64,000 nt of DNA, taken from the NCBI GenBank assembly GCA_018434325.1, contig JAHDPO010000006.1:31668-95667 (forward strand), written 5' to 3'. The notes beneath the pieces were generated by a model. The model worked only from the letters and a program-made list of their open reading frames with translations. It did no database searches and had not been told where the DNA came from. The position numbers were made by a program, and so were the translations under genes. The DNA is from Clostridia bacterium. Lineage in GTDB: Bacteria > Bacillota > Peptococcia > DRI-13 > UBA5745. Below, piece after piece: positions 42,877 through 53,806 of this stretch (position 1 is the stretch's first letter; each line of letters opens with the position of its first letter).

Positions 42877-42932
42877 TCCGGTTTCAACGCGGTAGTTTAT
42901 TGAACCGCACCCTAAAACAACATAAAAATAAA

Positions 42933-42970
42933 GAGATAGGCGTTACCCCTCAGGGGATGGCGCCTATCTC
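42933..42970. terminator. Strong hairpin between the nitroreductase and R-M genes
   Basis: gagataggcg / cgcctatctc perfect 10-bp arms with an inner cccctcagggg palindrome. Confidence 0.5.
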
Positions 42971-43013
42971 ATATAGAAACGACTTTTTTCAATTACATTC
43001 CAAAAAAATAGTA

Positions 43014-43811
43014 TTATTCCAATACTAATAACCCCTTTTGGATCGGTAGCCCTTTACCCTTACGGATACTGGTGGGTTCACAGCCCGAGTTGAAGATGAC
43101 CAGCTTCTCCCAATCAATTGAACCATCCTCCAGACAAAAGGCATTAGCAAACTCTTTGATAAGACGATTTGCCGCTTTCTGAAAGGCTAACTCAAATTCC
43201 TCTATATATTTTTCAGGAAGTCTGTCCATAAACCTTATCAGCTTTACATAAAACTCCTCATCACCGGTAAGCTCTGTCCAGAAATCTTGTCCCGCCAACT
43301 CAGTATAGAATTTAGGCAGTCCCCGGTTCGAAGTTCTTTTCTTACCGTAGCCATAGCCCACAATAGGTACAAAACGTTTTTTAGCCTGCTGTGCCAATTT
43401 TTGTGCTGCCATAAAATTTTGTTCCTGTTTTTTACGGCTATCGGCATTAAAAACACTGGTTCCTGATTTGACCGCTATAGCATAAATAGTATCTCCCCGC
43501 TCAACCATAATATCTATACCTTCAGCGAGGGCCTTCTGGCCTTGGGCGGCGGCGGTGGCAATTGGTTCGAAAAAAACGTTGCCGAATATCGTTTCTTCGG
43601 ATGAGGATACGAAAGCAGCCAGTAGAGCCTCTACAATTTGCGCCGCTCCGTTCATCGCCTTAGCCCGAAAAAGATAAGGATTTTTGCGACCCATGATCTT
43701 ATTAATATTTAATCTGTCCAAATTGGCAATAAGGCTCTTATAAAACTCCTCAAGAGCTACTGCGGTGGCTTGAATCACCGCCTGTTCATTATATTCTGTG
43801 TTAATTGACAT
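43014..43811 (-). CDS. Type II restriction endonuclease (family uncertain)
   Basis: Immediately downstream of, and overlapping, the C5-MTase gene. Motifs KNPYLFRAK...SSSEETIFGN.FE...GIDIMVE....YAIAVKSG resemble TdeIII/Eco47II-type enzymes as I recall them. Start set at MSINTEY (GAGGTGG upstream). Confidence 0.65.
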   Translation of the reverse strand: MSINTEYNEQAVIQATAVALEEFYKSLIANLDRLNINKIMGRKNPYLFRAKAMNGAAQIVEALLAAFVSSSEETIFGNVFFEPIATAAAQGQKALAEGIDIMVERGDTIYAIAVKSGTSVFNADSRKKQEQNFMAAQKLAQQAKKRFVPIVGYGYGKKRTSNRGLPKFYTELAGQDFWTELTGDEEFYVKLIRFMDRLPEKYIEEFELAFQKAANRLIKEFANAFCLEDGSIDWEKLVIFNSGCEPTSIRKGKGLPIQKGLLVLE

Positions 43812-44985
43812 GGACACCACCTCTGATTTTTATGGTGTTATTGATCCTCTTATGTACGCTGGTTCCTCGGATGCGCTTTGTCTTAATCGTTGAAGCCCCC
43901 TCGGCCACAGCGATCAGAGTCTGACCCAGTGCCTTCGCCAGGCCAATCGGTACGGCATTGCCAATCTGTCGATACTTACTGGCAAGATTGCCGGTGAAAA
44001 TCCATTCCTCAGGAAACTGCTGGATTCGTGCATATTCCCTGACAGAAAGGGGCCTGTCCTTTGTGGGGTGACAAAGCATAGAGGCCTTTTGCACCGGTGA
44101 AGTCACTAGTGTAGGACAGGGCTGGTCGTAAGCTAACCGCCTATAAAACCCAACCTTACCGCCACCGGATTGATAAGCGCCTCCCATAGCCCTGGGGATG
44201 ACATCCGTGGGCAGGCTTCGCCAATTGCCGCCTTCTGGCACAAGGCGCAGGTAATTCATGCGTTCTTCGCTGAAATAAGTGCATTCGCCCGGTTCATTCT
44301 CCAGATCACTGATAGCGCTGCGTAATGTGGCCCAGCGGTGAGCAGGACTTTGATGGGTTTGAAAATGAGTTGGCAGCGGCAAAAAAATATCTTCACTGTC
44401 ACGACTGCCGATCAGAACAAAGCGCTCTCGAAACTGTGGAACACCATAGCTGGCGGCATCAAGAATGTCGTAGACAGTCCTATAGCCTAGCTTCTCAAAC
44501 TCAGCAAGAATCACCTCTAAGACAGGCAGGGGTGAATAAGCAGTGTCCGGATCTGTTTGAAATCCCTGCTTCACAAGAGCCGAAACCAACCCCTTCACAT
44601 TCTCCATAATAAAGAAACGAGGCCTGATATAGTCAATCATTCGAATAAAGTCCATAAAAAGACTGCCCCTTGGATCGTTTATGCCTTGACGCTTACCGGC
44701 TGTGGAAAATGGCTGGCAGGGCGGCCCCCCGCAAATAAGAAAAGGCTCTGCCCTTTTCAGCCCGGCCGCCTCCAACAGTTGCTCCGGCATGATTTGCCGG
44801 ATATCTCCTTTAATTACATGATGGCCGTTGGCCCTCATTGTTTCTACACAATTTGCTTCAATATCCTGCCCAACCCTGACATTAAGCCCGGATAAAGCAA
44901 GACCAATATCTAATCCCATAGCTCCTGAAAAGAGAGAGATAACATCGCGGTTTTTTTCCGATAAACGAAATTGCAGGCTTTTCAC
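43801..44985 (-). CDS. dcm: DNA (cytosine-5)-methyltransferase
   Basis: Motif I LFSGAMGLD, motif IV GGPPCQPFS, motif VI ENVKGL, motif VIII QFRERFVLIG and motif X GNAVP. Start set at the GTG (MKSLQFRL) after GGGAGGG. Confidence 0.9.
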   Translation of the reverse strand: MKSLQFRLSEKNRDVISLFSGAMGLDIGLALSGLNVRVGQDIEANCVETMRANGHHVIKGDIRQIMPEQLLEAAGLKRAEPFLICGGPPCQPFSTAGKRQGINDPRGSLFMDFIRMIDYIRPRFFIMENVKGLVSALVKQGFQTDPDTAYSPLPVLEVILAEFEKLGYRTVYDILDAASYGVPQFRERFVLIGSRDSEDIFLPLPTHFQTHQSPAHRWATLRSAISDLENEPGECTYFSEERMNYLRLVPEGGNWRSLPTDVIPRAMGGAYQSGGGKVGFYRRLAYDQPCPTLVTSPVQKASMLCHPTKDRPLSVREYARIQQFPEEWIFTGNLASKYRQIGNAVPIGLAKALGQTLIAVAEGASTIKTKRIRGTSVHKRINNTIKIRGGVHVN

Positions 44986-45085
44986 GCCATCCCTCCCTAC
45001 ACATTCTTCCGGCTGTAATAAGATAAAAATAGACAAAGCCGCCGGCATACGCCATCTTACAGCCTTGTCTTATTTTTGCGTATCC

Positions 45086-45712
45086 CTATTTCACTTTAAC
45101 CAGATATCCGGCTACCCAGCCTACGGTACCGTCGCTGAGCTGCACCTGATACCAGTCCTTATCCACTTTCGTAATAGTGAAGCTGTCGCTGGGGCTCAAT
45201 TTCTTCTTGATGGTGGAAGAGGTGGAAGCGGATTCCCTCAAGTTGACCACATCGGCAGTAACGGCGCCCGTCTTGCCGATATTGGCCTGGGAGACTGCTG
45301 TGCCGCTGCTGCCGGCCCCCGTACCGCTGCCAGTGGAGCCGGTGCCGGCGCCGGTAGAACCGGTGCCTGTCCCTGAGCCCGTGCTGCCGCTTCCTGTACC
45401 ACTGCCTGTGCCCGTACCGGTGGTACCCGTACCTGTAGTACCGGTGCCCACTGTCGCGCCGCCGCCGTTAATCAGGGACAGCTGATTTTCCAGGCTTTGA
45501 ATCTTGGCTTCCAGACTGCTGATCCTGGTATCCATGGCTTGTACCTTCTGCTCGATAGAGCCGTCGGCATAGCTTTTGGTCACCAAAGGATCTTCCTTGG
45601 AGCCGGGATCCTTCGTATCACCGCCCAAAACACCGGTGCCATAAAGAAAGCCCACGCCCACAGAAACAATTATCCCTAAAAGTACAAATACTTTCCAGTC
45701 TATTCTTCTCAT
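45086..45712 (-). CDS. Membrane-anchored SH3b-domain protein with coiled coil and (G/T/S)-repeat linker
   Basis: N-terminal TM, heptad segment ISSLEAKIQSLENQLSL, TGTGTTGTGTGSGTGSGS linker, and a C-terminal SH3b-like VNLRESAS...WYQVQLSDGTVGWVAGYLV. Confidence 0.7.
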   Translation of the reverse strand: MRRIDWKVFVLLGIIVSVGVGFLYGTGVLGGDTKDPGSKEDPLVTKSYADGSIEQKVQAMDTRISSLEAKIQSLENQLSLINGGGATVGTGTTGTGTTGTGTGSGTGSGSTGSGTGTGSTGAGTGSTGSGTGAGSSGTAVSQANIGKTGAVTADVVNLRESASTSSTIKKKLSPSDSFTITKVDKDWYQVQLSDGTVGWVAGYLVKVK

Positions 45713-45766
45713 CTTGTTTCCCCTCTTTGCTTCATTCTCGCTTTACCGCATCAATACCGGAAAACC

Positions 45767-46834
45767 CTAACGGTGGCCTTCCGCAGCCTGGGCCTCCTGA
45801 GACTCCGCCTTTTCTGCCTGTACTCTGCTGCCGATGACGCCAATCTTATCAGCGCCGTAAAGCACGGCCAGAGTGACCAAAACAATGGCCATCATAGCCT
45901 GGCCCGTGGGCATCAGGGCAATGCCAATGGCAGAAAGGCTTAAAAAGATACAAACGCCATAGACGACCAGAACCGCGTTCTTATGAGAAAGACCCATAGC
46001 CAGCAGCCGGTGATGCAGATGATCCTTATCCGCCGTAAAGATGGGGGTCTTATTGATCAGACGGCGTACAATGGCCAGAAGGGTATCGAAAATCGGCACG
46101 CCCAAAACAATTATCGGCAGGAAAATCGATACGGTCGTGGCCATTTTGGTCAAGCCCATGATGGACAGAACCGACAGGGAATAGCCCAGGAATAGGGCTC
46201 CCGTATCACCCATGAAAATCTTGGCGGGGTTGAAATTATACTTCAGAAAAGCCAGAGAAGACGCACCCAGGATCAAAGCTAAAACACCTACGGAGGCAAA
46301 GCCCTCCATCCAGGCAATAACGCCGATGGATAAAGCGGCAATACCGGAAACACCGGCAGCCAGACCATCCAGGCCGTCCACAAGATTAACTGCATTCGTC
46401 AGGCCCACAATCCAGCCCAAGGTCAAGGGCAAGGCCAGCCAGCCCAAGTATGCCGGATTCGTGCCAAACAAGCTGGTGACGAAGGTGATGCGGATACCTC
46501 CATAAAAGATAACCACAAGAGCTGCCGCCAGCTGGAAAGCCAGCTTCACCACAGGACGGATATTTCTGCTGTCGTCCCAAATACCGGAAACCAAAATCAA
46601 CAGGCTGCCCAGACCAAAAGCGATAATCTCTCTGCTCAAAGGCTGAGTCAGCAATACAGTGATCCAAAAGCCGATAAAGATAGCCAAGCCGCCCATAAGG
46701 GGCATTGGCGTCTTGTGAACCTTACGCTGGTTGGGCCGATCCACCACGCCCGCTTTCATCGCCAGATGGCGCACACCGGGAGTCAGTACTAAAGTAATGC
46801 CAAAAGCCATCAATAAAGGCAATATCCAATTCAT
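45767..46834 (-). CDS. tagO: MraY/WecA-family undecaprenyl-phosphate N-acetylhexosamine-1-phosphate transferase (TagO-like)
   Basis: Polytopic. Motifs NA.NL.DGLDGLA and MGDTGALFLG. Start moved to MNWILPLL. Confidence 0.8.
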   Translation of the reverse strand: MNWILPLLMAFGITLVLTPGVRHLAMKAGVVDRPNQRKVHKTPMPLMGGLAIFIGFWITVLLTQPLSREIIAFGLGSLLILVSGIWDDSRNIRPVVKLAFQLAAALVVIFYGGIRITFVTSLFGTNPAYLGWLALPLTLGWIVGLTNAVNLVDGLDGLAAGVSGIAALSIGVIAWMEGFASVGVLALILGASSLAFLKYNFNPAKIFMGDTGALFLGYSLSVLSIMGLTKMATTVSIFLPIIVLGVPIFDTLLAIVRRLINKTPIFTADKDHLHHRLLAMGLSHKNAVLVVYGVCIFLSLSAIGIALMPTGQAMMAIVLVTLAVLYGADKIGVIGSRVQAEKAESQEAQAAEGHR

Positions 46835-47035
46835 AGCTAAAAAAGCCTCCACTATTTCAAGTCCTCAATTAACGTTCTTATCAATTTCAATCCACGCTCT
46901 TAATCCGCCATTATTATAACAGCAAAAAAGAAAAAAAACAAACCCCTTGCAAATTTCTTGCATCTAATAGTATTTTTTACCCTGAAACAACAATTGATAC
47001 ATTACTTGAGAAAACCTTTATTTTATAAGGCCTTC

Positions 47036-48586
47036 TTAAGAGGTCTTCCCCTTGCCTTTGCGCAGTTGTCCAATAAACAGGAATAATTCATTTTCTTTTA
47101 ACAAAAAGATTACAACTATGAAACTCAAAACGCCGGCGACAATCGCTACGGCTACCGCCAGCAGAAGGCCCAGGCTGCCCTTTGCCAAAAGCAGAGAGCC
47201 GGCCAAACGATAAACGATGATCGCCGCCGCTGCCGTTGCGGCCGACCCGGCCAGCACTTTCGCCAGCGTGGTCAGCATATTGCCGTAGCCTGCTCCGGAA
47301 AGCCGCCGCTGCAGCAGAATATACATTCCTATGGCATAGTACAGGCTGGCCAGACTGTTGGCCAAAGCCAGCCCTCCCTGCTTCATCAACGGCGTCAGCA
47401 AACCACTGGCGCCGATATTGACGGCAATGGAGGATAAGCCAAAAAACAAGGGGGTTTTTGTATCTTCCAAAGCGTAATAAGCCCTGGTCAACACTTGGGT
47501 AGCCGCCATAGCCCCCATGCCCGGTCCAAACCAAAACAGAGCCTGAGCCGTCATTATCGTAGCTTCGCCGGTAAAGGCCGCCCGTTCAAAGAGCAGCTTA
47601 ACAATCGGCTGACCCAAAGCCATCAGCCCCGCCGCTGCCGGCAGGGTAATCAGCAGCACCAGTTTCAAGCCGCGGTTGGCCGTTTCCCAAAGCTTGCTCC
47701 TGTCGTCTTCCAAAGCTTGAGCCGACAAAAGGGGGAAAATACTGGAGGATACTGCCGCCACAAAAATACCCAGAGGCAGGTTCATCAGCTTACCGGCATA
47801 ATTTAAGGCAGAAATACTGCCGGCAGGCAGGCTGGAGGCAAAAAACCGGTTGATGGCCAGGTATATCTGGTAGGTGGCCGTACCCAGAAAAACAGCCCCT
47901 AAATTGCTGAATACCCCTTTGACCAAAGGATTTTTATAATCAAAGGAAAAAGTATAGCGGAACCCTGTGCCTTTTAAAGCCGGCAATTGCACCAGCAGCA
48001 TGCAAATAAAGCTGATCAGAGAAGCCACCGGCAAGGCGTATTGGTGGCGGGAGCCAAAGAGCACCACGCCCAGGATAATAATAAAGCTGGCGAAGGCCGG
48101 CGCAAAAGCCGCCACCGCAAACCGCCGGCAAGCATTAAGAATGCCGGTGGTCAGCATAGCCAGGCTCATGAACATTACCGAAGGAAACATAATGGCAGTC
48201 ATGACAGCCGCCAGGCTCCTGGTCTCGGGATTGAAGCCGGGCGCCGTAACGCCCACCAGAAAATCGGCGCCCAATACACCTAGAATCGCAAAAAAGGCCA
48301 TCAGCAAAAAGGTCAGATTCATGGTAATACTGGCTGCTTCCCAGCCCTCCTGCGCCTTGCCGCCGTCAAGGCAGCGAACCATCACCGGCACAATGGAGGA
48401 AACCAGAGCCACGCCCAAAACCATTTGCAGAAAATAAGGAATCGTATAAGCTACCTGATAAGCATCCGTATATTGTCCGGCGCCAAAAGCGGCCGCCATG
48501 ACCGTTTCCCGGACAAAGCCCAGAAGCCGGGCCAGGGTATTCATCATCATCAGCACCAGAGCGGTGCCGGCTATTGTCTTTGCCAC
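47036..48586 (-). CDS. murJ: Lipid II flippase MurJ (MviN family)
   Basis: 14-TM-like. N-terminal ...LLGFVRETVMAAAFGAGQYTDAY. Start set at the GTG after AAGGAGA. Terminator-like hairpin ttgcaa-gaaat-ttgcaa plus a T run downstream. Confidence 0.85.
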   Translation of the reverse strand: MAKTIAGTALVLMMMNTLARLLGFVRETVMAAAFGAGQYTDAYQVAYTIPYFLQMVLGVALVSSIVPVMVRCLDGGKAQEGWEAASITMNLTFLLMAFFAILGVLGADFLVGVTAPGFNPETRSLAAVMTAIMFPSVMFMSLAMLTTGILNACRRFAVAAFAPAFASFIIILGVVLFGSRHQYALPVASLISFICMLLVQLPALKGTGFRYTFSFDYKNPLVKGVFSNLGAVFLGTATYQIYLAINRFFASSLPAGSISALNYAGKLMNLPLGIFVAAVSSSIFPLLSAQALEDDRSKLWETANRGLKLVLLITLPAAAGLMALGQPIVKLLFERAAFTGEATIMTAQALFWFGPGMGAMAATQVLTRAYYALEDTKTPLFFGLSSIAVNIGASGLLTPLMKQGGLALANSLASLYYAIGMYILLQRRLSGAGYGNMLTTLAKVLAGSAATAAAAIIVYRLAGSLLLAKGSLGLLLAVAVAIVAGVLSFIVVIFLLKENELFLFIGQLRKGKGKTS

Positions 48587-48650
48587 AACTATCTCCTTTA
48601 TTGCAAGCCGCTTTTTAGCCTGATTCAAGCCAGAGCCCCAAACCAAAGGC

Positions 48651-49772
48651 TCAATTCAGCAGTTCTATCGCCCGCTCCGCCATAGCCCAGGCCTGCTGCT
48701 GCATTTCCCGGCGGCGGTTCTCCTGCTCCTGACGCAGCGTCAAAGGCAAGGTTTCCATTTCTTCCAGCAGATCATTGGCCACTTCCCAGTCAAAATCCTC
48801 ATAAGGCAGGCAATAGCCGGCCAGTCCCGCCTGCTCCATAAAGGCGTCGACTTTCGGGTCGTAGGAAAGACCCAGCATCGGGGTGCCCATGGCCATGGCG
48901 AAGATCAGCCCATGGAGCCGCATGGCAAAAACCTTGTCGGCATAAGCGGTCAAGGCCAAAAACTGGCGGGCGGTAAGGCTTTTGCCCAGGCAATACAAGC
49001 GTTCTGTCATCAGGTTGCTGATTTTGTCGATAGCCTCCATATCCGACGGAAAATGAGCAGGAACGAGCAATATATCCCAGCCGCCGCTGCGGGCCTGGGT
49101 ATCCAGCAATTGAGCGACAGCAGCCAAGTGCTTGTTGTCGCCCCAGCAGCGGATGGCTGCCAAAAGCAGAGGCTTATGCTTTTTTCCCTTGTCATCCAGT
49201 ATATCCATTTCCTGCAAAATACCTTTGATCTCTTGCCGGTCAACATCCGCATAGCTGAGGGCCATCACCGGGTCACAGGCCACCCGGATGCTTTTTTCCA
49301 CACCAAGCTCTTTCAGCAATCGGGCGGATTGGCTGTCCCGCACTGCGATTTCATGGCAGCGGTTAAATACTTTTGCCGTAGCCTGCCGGTTTTTTTCGTC
49401 AGTCAAGGGGCCTACCCCCTGACCGTAAATCATGGTTTTGCCCGCCAGCAGCTGGGCCAGCCGAATCACCGATAAATAATAACGGGGGCTCCTTTGGCTG
49501 GTCACATCCTGGATCAGGGAGCCGCCGCCGCTGAGAAACAGCCGGCAACCAACCAGGGCTTTGGCCACCGCCACCGGTTTCCAGCGGTCTACCGCCTTTA
49601 CCCCATATAATTCCGCAGTCTTTTCCGGATTATTGGACAGCACTACAATCCTGACGTCCGGACGCAATTGGCGCAAACAATGGACCATTGCCAAAAGCAC
49701 AGCCTCATCACCGCAATTGTCAAAGCCATAATAGCCGCTAATGACGATTTTTGGCCCTTTTTTACGAAACAT
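48651..49772 (-). CDS. csaB: Polysaccharide pyruvyl transferase CsaB
   Basis: 373 aa. N-terminal ISGYYGFDNCGDEA and overall CsaB layout. 11-bp overlap with the upstream membrane-protein gene. Confidence 0.85.
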   Translation of the reverse strand: MFRKKGPKIVISGYYGFDNCGDEAVLLAMVHCLRQLRPDVRIVVLSNNPEKTAELYGVKAVDRWKPVAVAKALVGCRLFLSGGGSLIQDVTSQRSPRYYLSVIRLAQLLAGKTMIYGQGVGPLTDEKNRQATAKVFNRCHEIAVRDSQSARLLKELGVEKSIRVACDPVMALSYADVDRQEIKGILQEMDILDDKGKKHKPLLLAAIRCWGDNKHLAAVAQLLDTQARSGGWDILLVPAHFPSDMEAIDKISNLMTERLYCLGKSLTARQFLALTAYADKVFAMRLHGLIFAMAMGTPMLGLSYDPKVDAFMEQAGLAGYCLPYEDFDWEVANDLLEEMETLPLTLRQEQENRRREMQQQAWAMAERAIELLN

Positions 49773-51831
49773 GAGGCTCTCCTCCCTTTTTTTGGCCGCC
49801 GCTTATTTTCGACAACAGACGCAAAGCCAGGAGAATTGCGCCGATGGCTGCCGCCCCAAGAATAATGCCGATCCACAGACCGTGAAGGCTGCGCAGCAAA
49901 GAAATCAGCAGCGGCGTATGAATATGAGCATAGGTATTGATCAGGGATATCTGACCGATCAAGCCCAGAAGCAATACGGGATACATATTGAAGCGATAGC
50001 CGAAATACAGCAGCACCAGCATCAGCGGATGGCCGATCAAAAACTCCTTCGTCCGGGGCCGGACGCCCAGGAGCCTGTCCAAAAGCTGCCGGAATTGCAT
50101 TTCGATGCCGGAAGCGCTGAGGCTGTCGTTGCCCGTCCGCAGAATGTAAACAGCCAAGCCGGCCAGGACCACCGCGCCTACCGCCAATTGCCAGAACTGC
50201 ACATTGCCTTTGGCGGTATCCGTTAAGCGGCCAAGCCAATCCTTTTCCCACAGCCAGAGAACGGCCGGCACCAATAACAAAGGAATCAGGTGGGCTACTT
50301 TAACCCCCACAAAGCTATCCAGCTTCAGCATAAAAGCCGGTTCCGCCAAAAGGGCGGACATGATCATGGCGCCCGCCAGGGTAAAGGCCGACAACATCAA
50401 CAGCCGGCCAATGGCTCGGGACAGGCTGGGCTTTTGTAAAGTCAGACCTGGGCCGCCGGTATCCTGTTTCAGTACCAAAAGAGTACCCAGACTGGGAAAT
50501 GCTATAGCAGCCGCCAAAGCAAAAAGTTTTCGCGATAAAACCGGCGCCTTCAGCAGCAAGACAGCCCAGACCAGGCAGGCCGCTGCCAGCAGCGCGACAT
50601 AGGGCAGGTAAAGCTTCTTACCGGCAAAAGGCGCCGCCGCCAAAGCCAAGACCCAACCGCCGGCAGCCACAACTCCCAGGCCCAGCAAACATCTTAAACC
50701 ATAGGGAATCTGGAAAGGAGATATACCTTGAGGCTTGCCGATTTGGAAGCCCTCAGCCATCAACCCTTCCCGGACCGAGGCAATCAAATCCGTATTGCTG
50801 GTCAAGGAAGCCGCCGGATTTTCCAGCCCGTAGAAACGGAGGAAAATATAGCGGATATTGCGCTCTGTGGCAGCCAGGTTAAAGCGATCCATAGCATCCC
50901 GGACATTGGCGTATTTTTTCAGTTCATTTTCCGCTATGGCATGGGCCCGCAGCACCTGGTTGTCCAGGCGGCCGGCCAAGCCGGCAAAACCGGCCTGATC
51001 ATAAAATTCAAAAGAAATCAAAGGTTTGTCTAAAGGCTTAATCGCCGCCGCCAGATAATCCTGGAGCAGAGGATTAGTGCCGCCGCCGGAAACGGCCGCA
51101 TCATTGAAACCAATGCCCGCCAGCCCCGGAATCTTGCCTACCCATTCAAACACGGTGGTCAGGTTATCCTGGCGCACCGGCTCCCAGCCCCGCAGCCGGG
51201 GGATCACCTCAAAGCCTGCCTCCGCCGCTATTTGCAATCCTTCCATGGGGAAGCCCAGCCCTAAAGTAGCCCTTTCCGAAGAATGCAGCTGGACGGCTAT
51301 TCCCTGATAGCCTAAGAAGGTAAAGGACTCCGGATAGCGCCGCTTGGCTTCCAGCAAGGAAAACAACTGGTCATAGACCTGAGGGTTTTTAACCAATATG
51401 TAGGTTTTGCCGGCAACTGGCTCAACATCTGAGGCGGCAGTGCCGGGCAGAGCACCTAAGGGATCATTGACTGGCGCACCCTTTGTATACAGATCCTGAT
51501 ACAGTTCCAAATAACTGCCCTGCAGCACCACCACGTCGCCGGCACTTTCCCAGTCCGCTAAAATCCGCTCCCTGACCACCAAACCGGTGGCGCCGGCCTT
51601 CGCCGCCTTCCTGACCATGTCGGCAAAGGTTATATCCTGACCGGCGTCAGCCAGGCGCTTCAATTCATCGTAATCCACCAGCAGACCCACGGTTTTATCC
51701 CGCGCCTCCGCCTGAGCCCGGATGCCGTTGATCCATAAGGCCGCAGCCAGAGACAAGAGCATCATGGCCAAAGCCGCCATTCCCAGACAGCGCCGGAATT
51801 TTTGATCATTAACCTCGTTTTTGCCGATCAT
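49762..51831 (-). CDS. Large membrane protein of the type usually found upstream of csaB (DUF5693-like)
   Basis: 689 aa. One N-terminal TM, a ~330-aa extracytoplasmic domain, then about 8 TM segments. The family name is from memory of csaB neighbourhoods. Confidence 0.65.
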   Translation of the reverse strand: MIGKNEVNDQKFRRCLGMAALAMMLLSLAAALWINGIRAQAEARDKTVGLLVDYDELKRLADAGQDITFADMVRKAAKAGATGLVVRERILADWESAGDVVVLQGSYLELYQDLYTKGAPVNDPLGALPGTAASDVEPVAGKTYILVKNPQVYDQLFSLLEAKRRYPESFTFLGYQGIAVQLHSSERATLGLGFPMEGLQIAAEAGFEVIPRLRGWEPVRQDNLTTVFEWVGKIPGLAGIGFNDAAVSGGGTNPLLQDYLAAAIKPLDKPLISFEFYDQAGFAGLAGRLDNQVLRAHAIAENELKKYANVRDAMDRFNLAATERNIRYIFLRFYGLENPAASLTSNTDLIASVREGLMAEGFQIGKPQGISPFQIPYGLRCLLGLGVVAAGGWVLALAAAPFAGKKLYLPYVALLAAACLVWAVLLLKAPVLSRKLFALAAAIAFPSLGTLLVLKQDTGGPGLTLQKPSLSRAIGRLLMLSAFTLAGAMIMSALLAEPAFMLKLDSFVGVKVAHLIPLLLVPAVLWLWEKDWLGRLTDTAKGNVQFWQLAVGAVVLAGLAVYILRTGNDSLSASGIEMQFRQLLDRLLGVRPRTKEFLIGHPLMLVLLYFGYRFNMYPVLLLGLIGQISLINTYAHIHTPLLISLLRSLHGLWIGIILGAAAIGAILLALRLLSKISGGQKKGGEPHVS

Positions 51832-51990
51832 TTTGCCCTCCGCACAATAAGCAAGTTATGCAAATCAAGTACCAATTAAGTTGCAAATTCAAATTGGATT
51901 TAATTAGACGCAGAAAACCGCCTGCCCCCAGTCCGGCAGCTTATACGATTCTGTAATTAAAATACGGAAATATTTTAATCCGGCAATCTG

Positions 51991-52024
51991 CGATTGCCCT
52001 GCACCAAAGGCGCAGACAGAATCG
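51991..52024 (-). promoter_or_regulatory. Second copy of the AUUCUGUCUGCGCCUUUGG(C/U)GCAG(C/G)GGCAAUC leader motif
   Basis: Lies in the ~190-nt leader of the 49762..51831 gene, flanked by further hairpins (atactgatct/agatcagtat, ggcaatc/gattgcc, attaaaata/tattttaat). Near-identical to 13401-13434. Confidence 0.4.
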
Positions 52025-52129
52025 TATGATACTGATCTTTATTGCAGATCAGTATTATGCCAGAACCGCCGGAGCAGGCGGTCGGGTACTTTGCGGCCCC
52101 TAAAGTTGTCACAAAGTACTTATATTCCG

Positions 52130-53644
<1,515 letters not shown>

Positions 53645-53806
53645 TCAAGTATAAAATGGTTATTAGCACATAAGCGGTTGGCCCATAGGCGATTTCAGAA
53701 AGGCCTGAGCCCGGCATCGCCGCTATCGTTAGAATATGCACGACCGGCACAGACGCCGATCAGGATAAGCGAGGATGCTCAAGAATGCGCAGGGATGCGC
53801 AAATAG

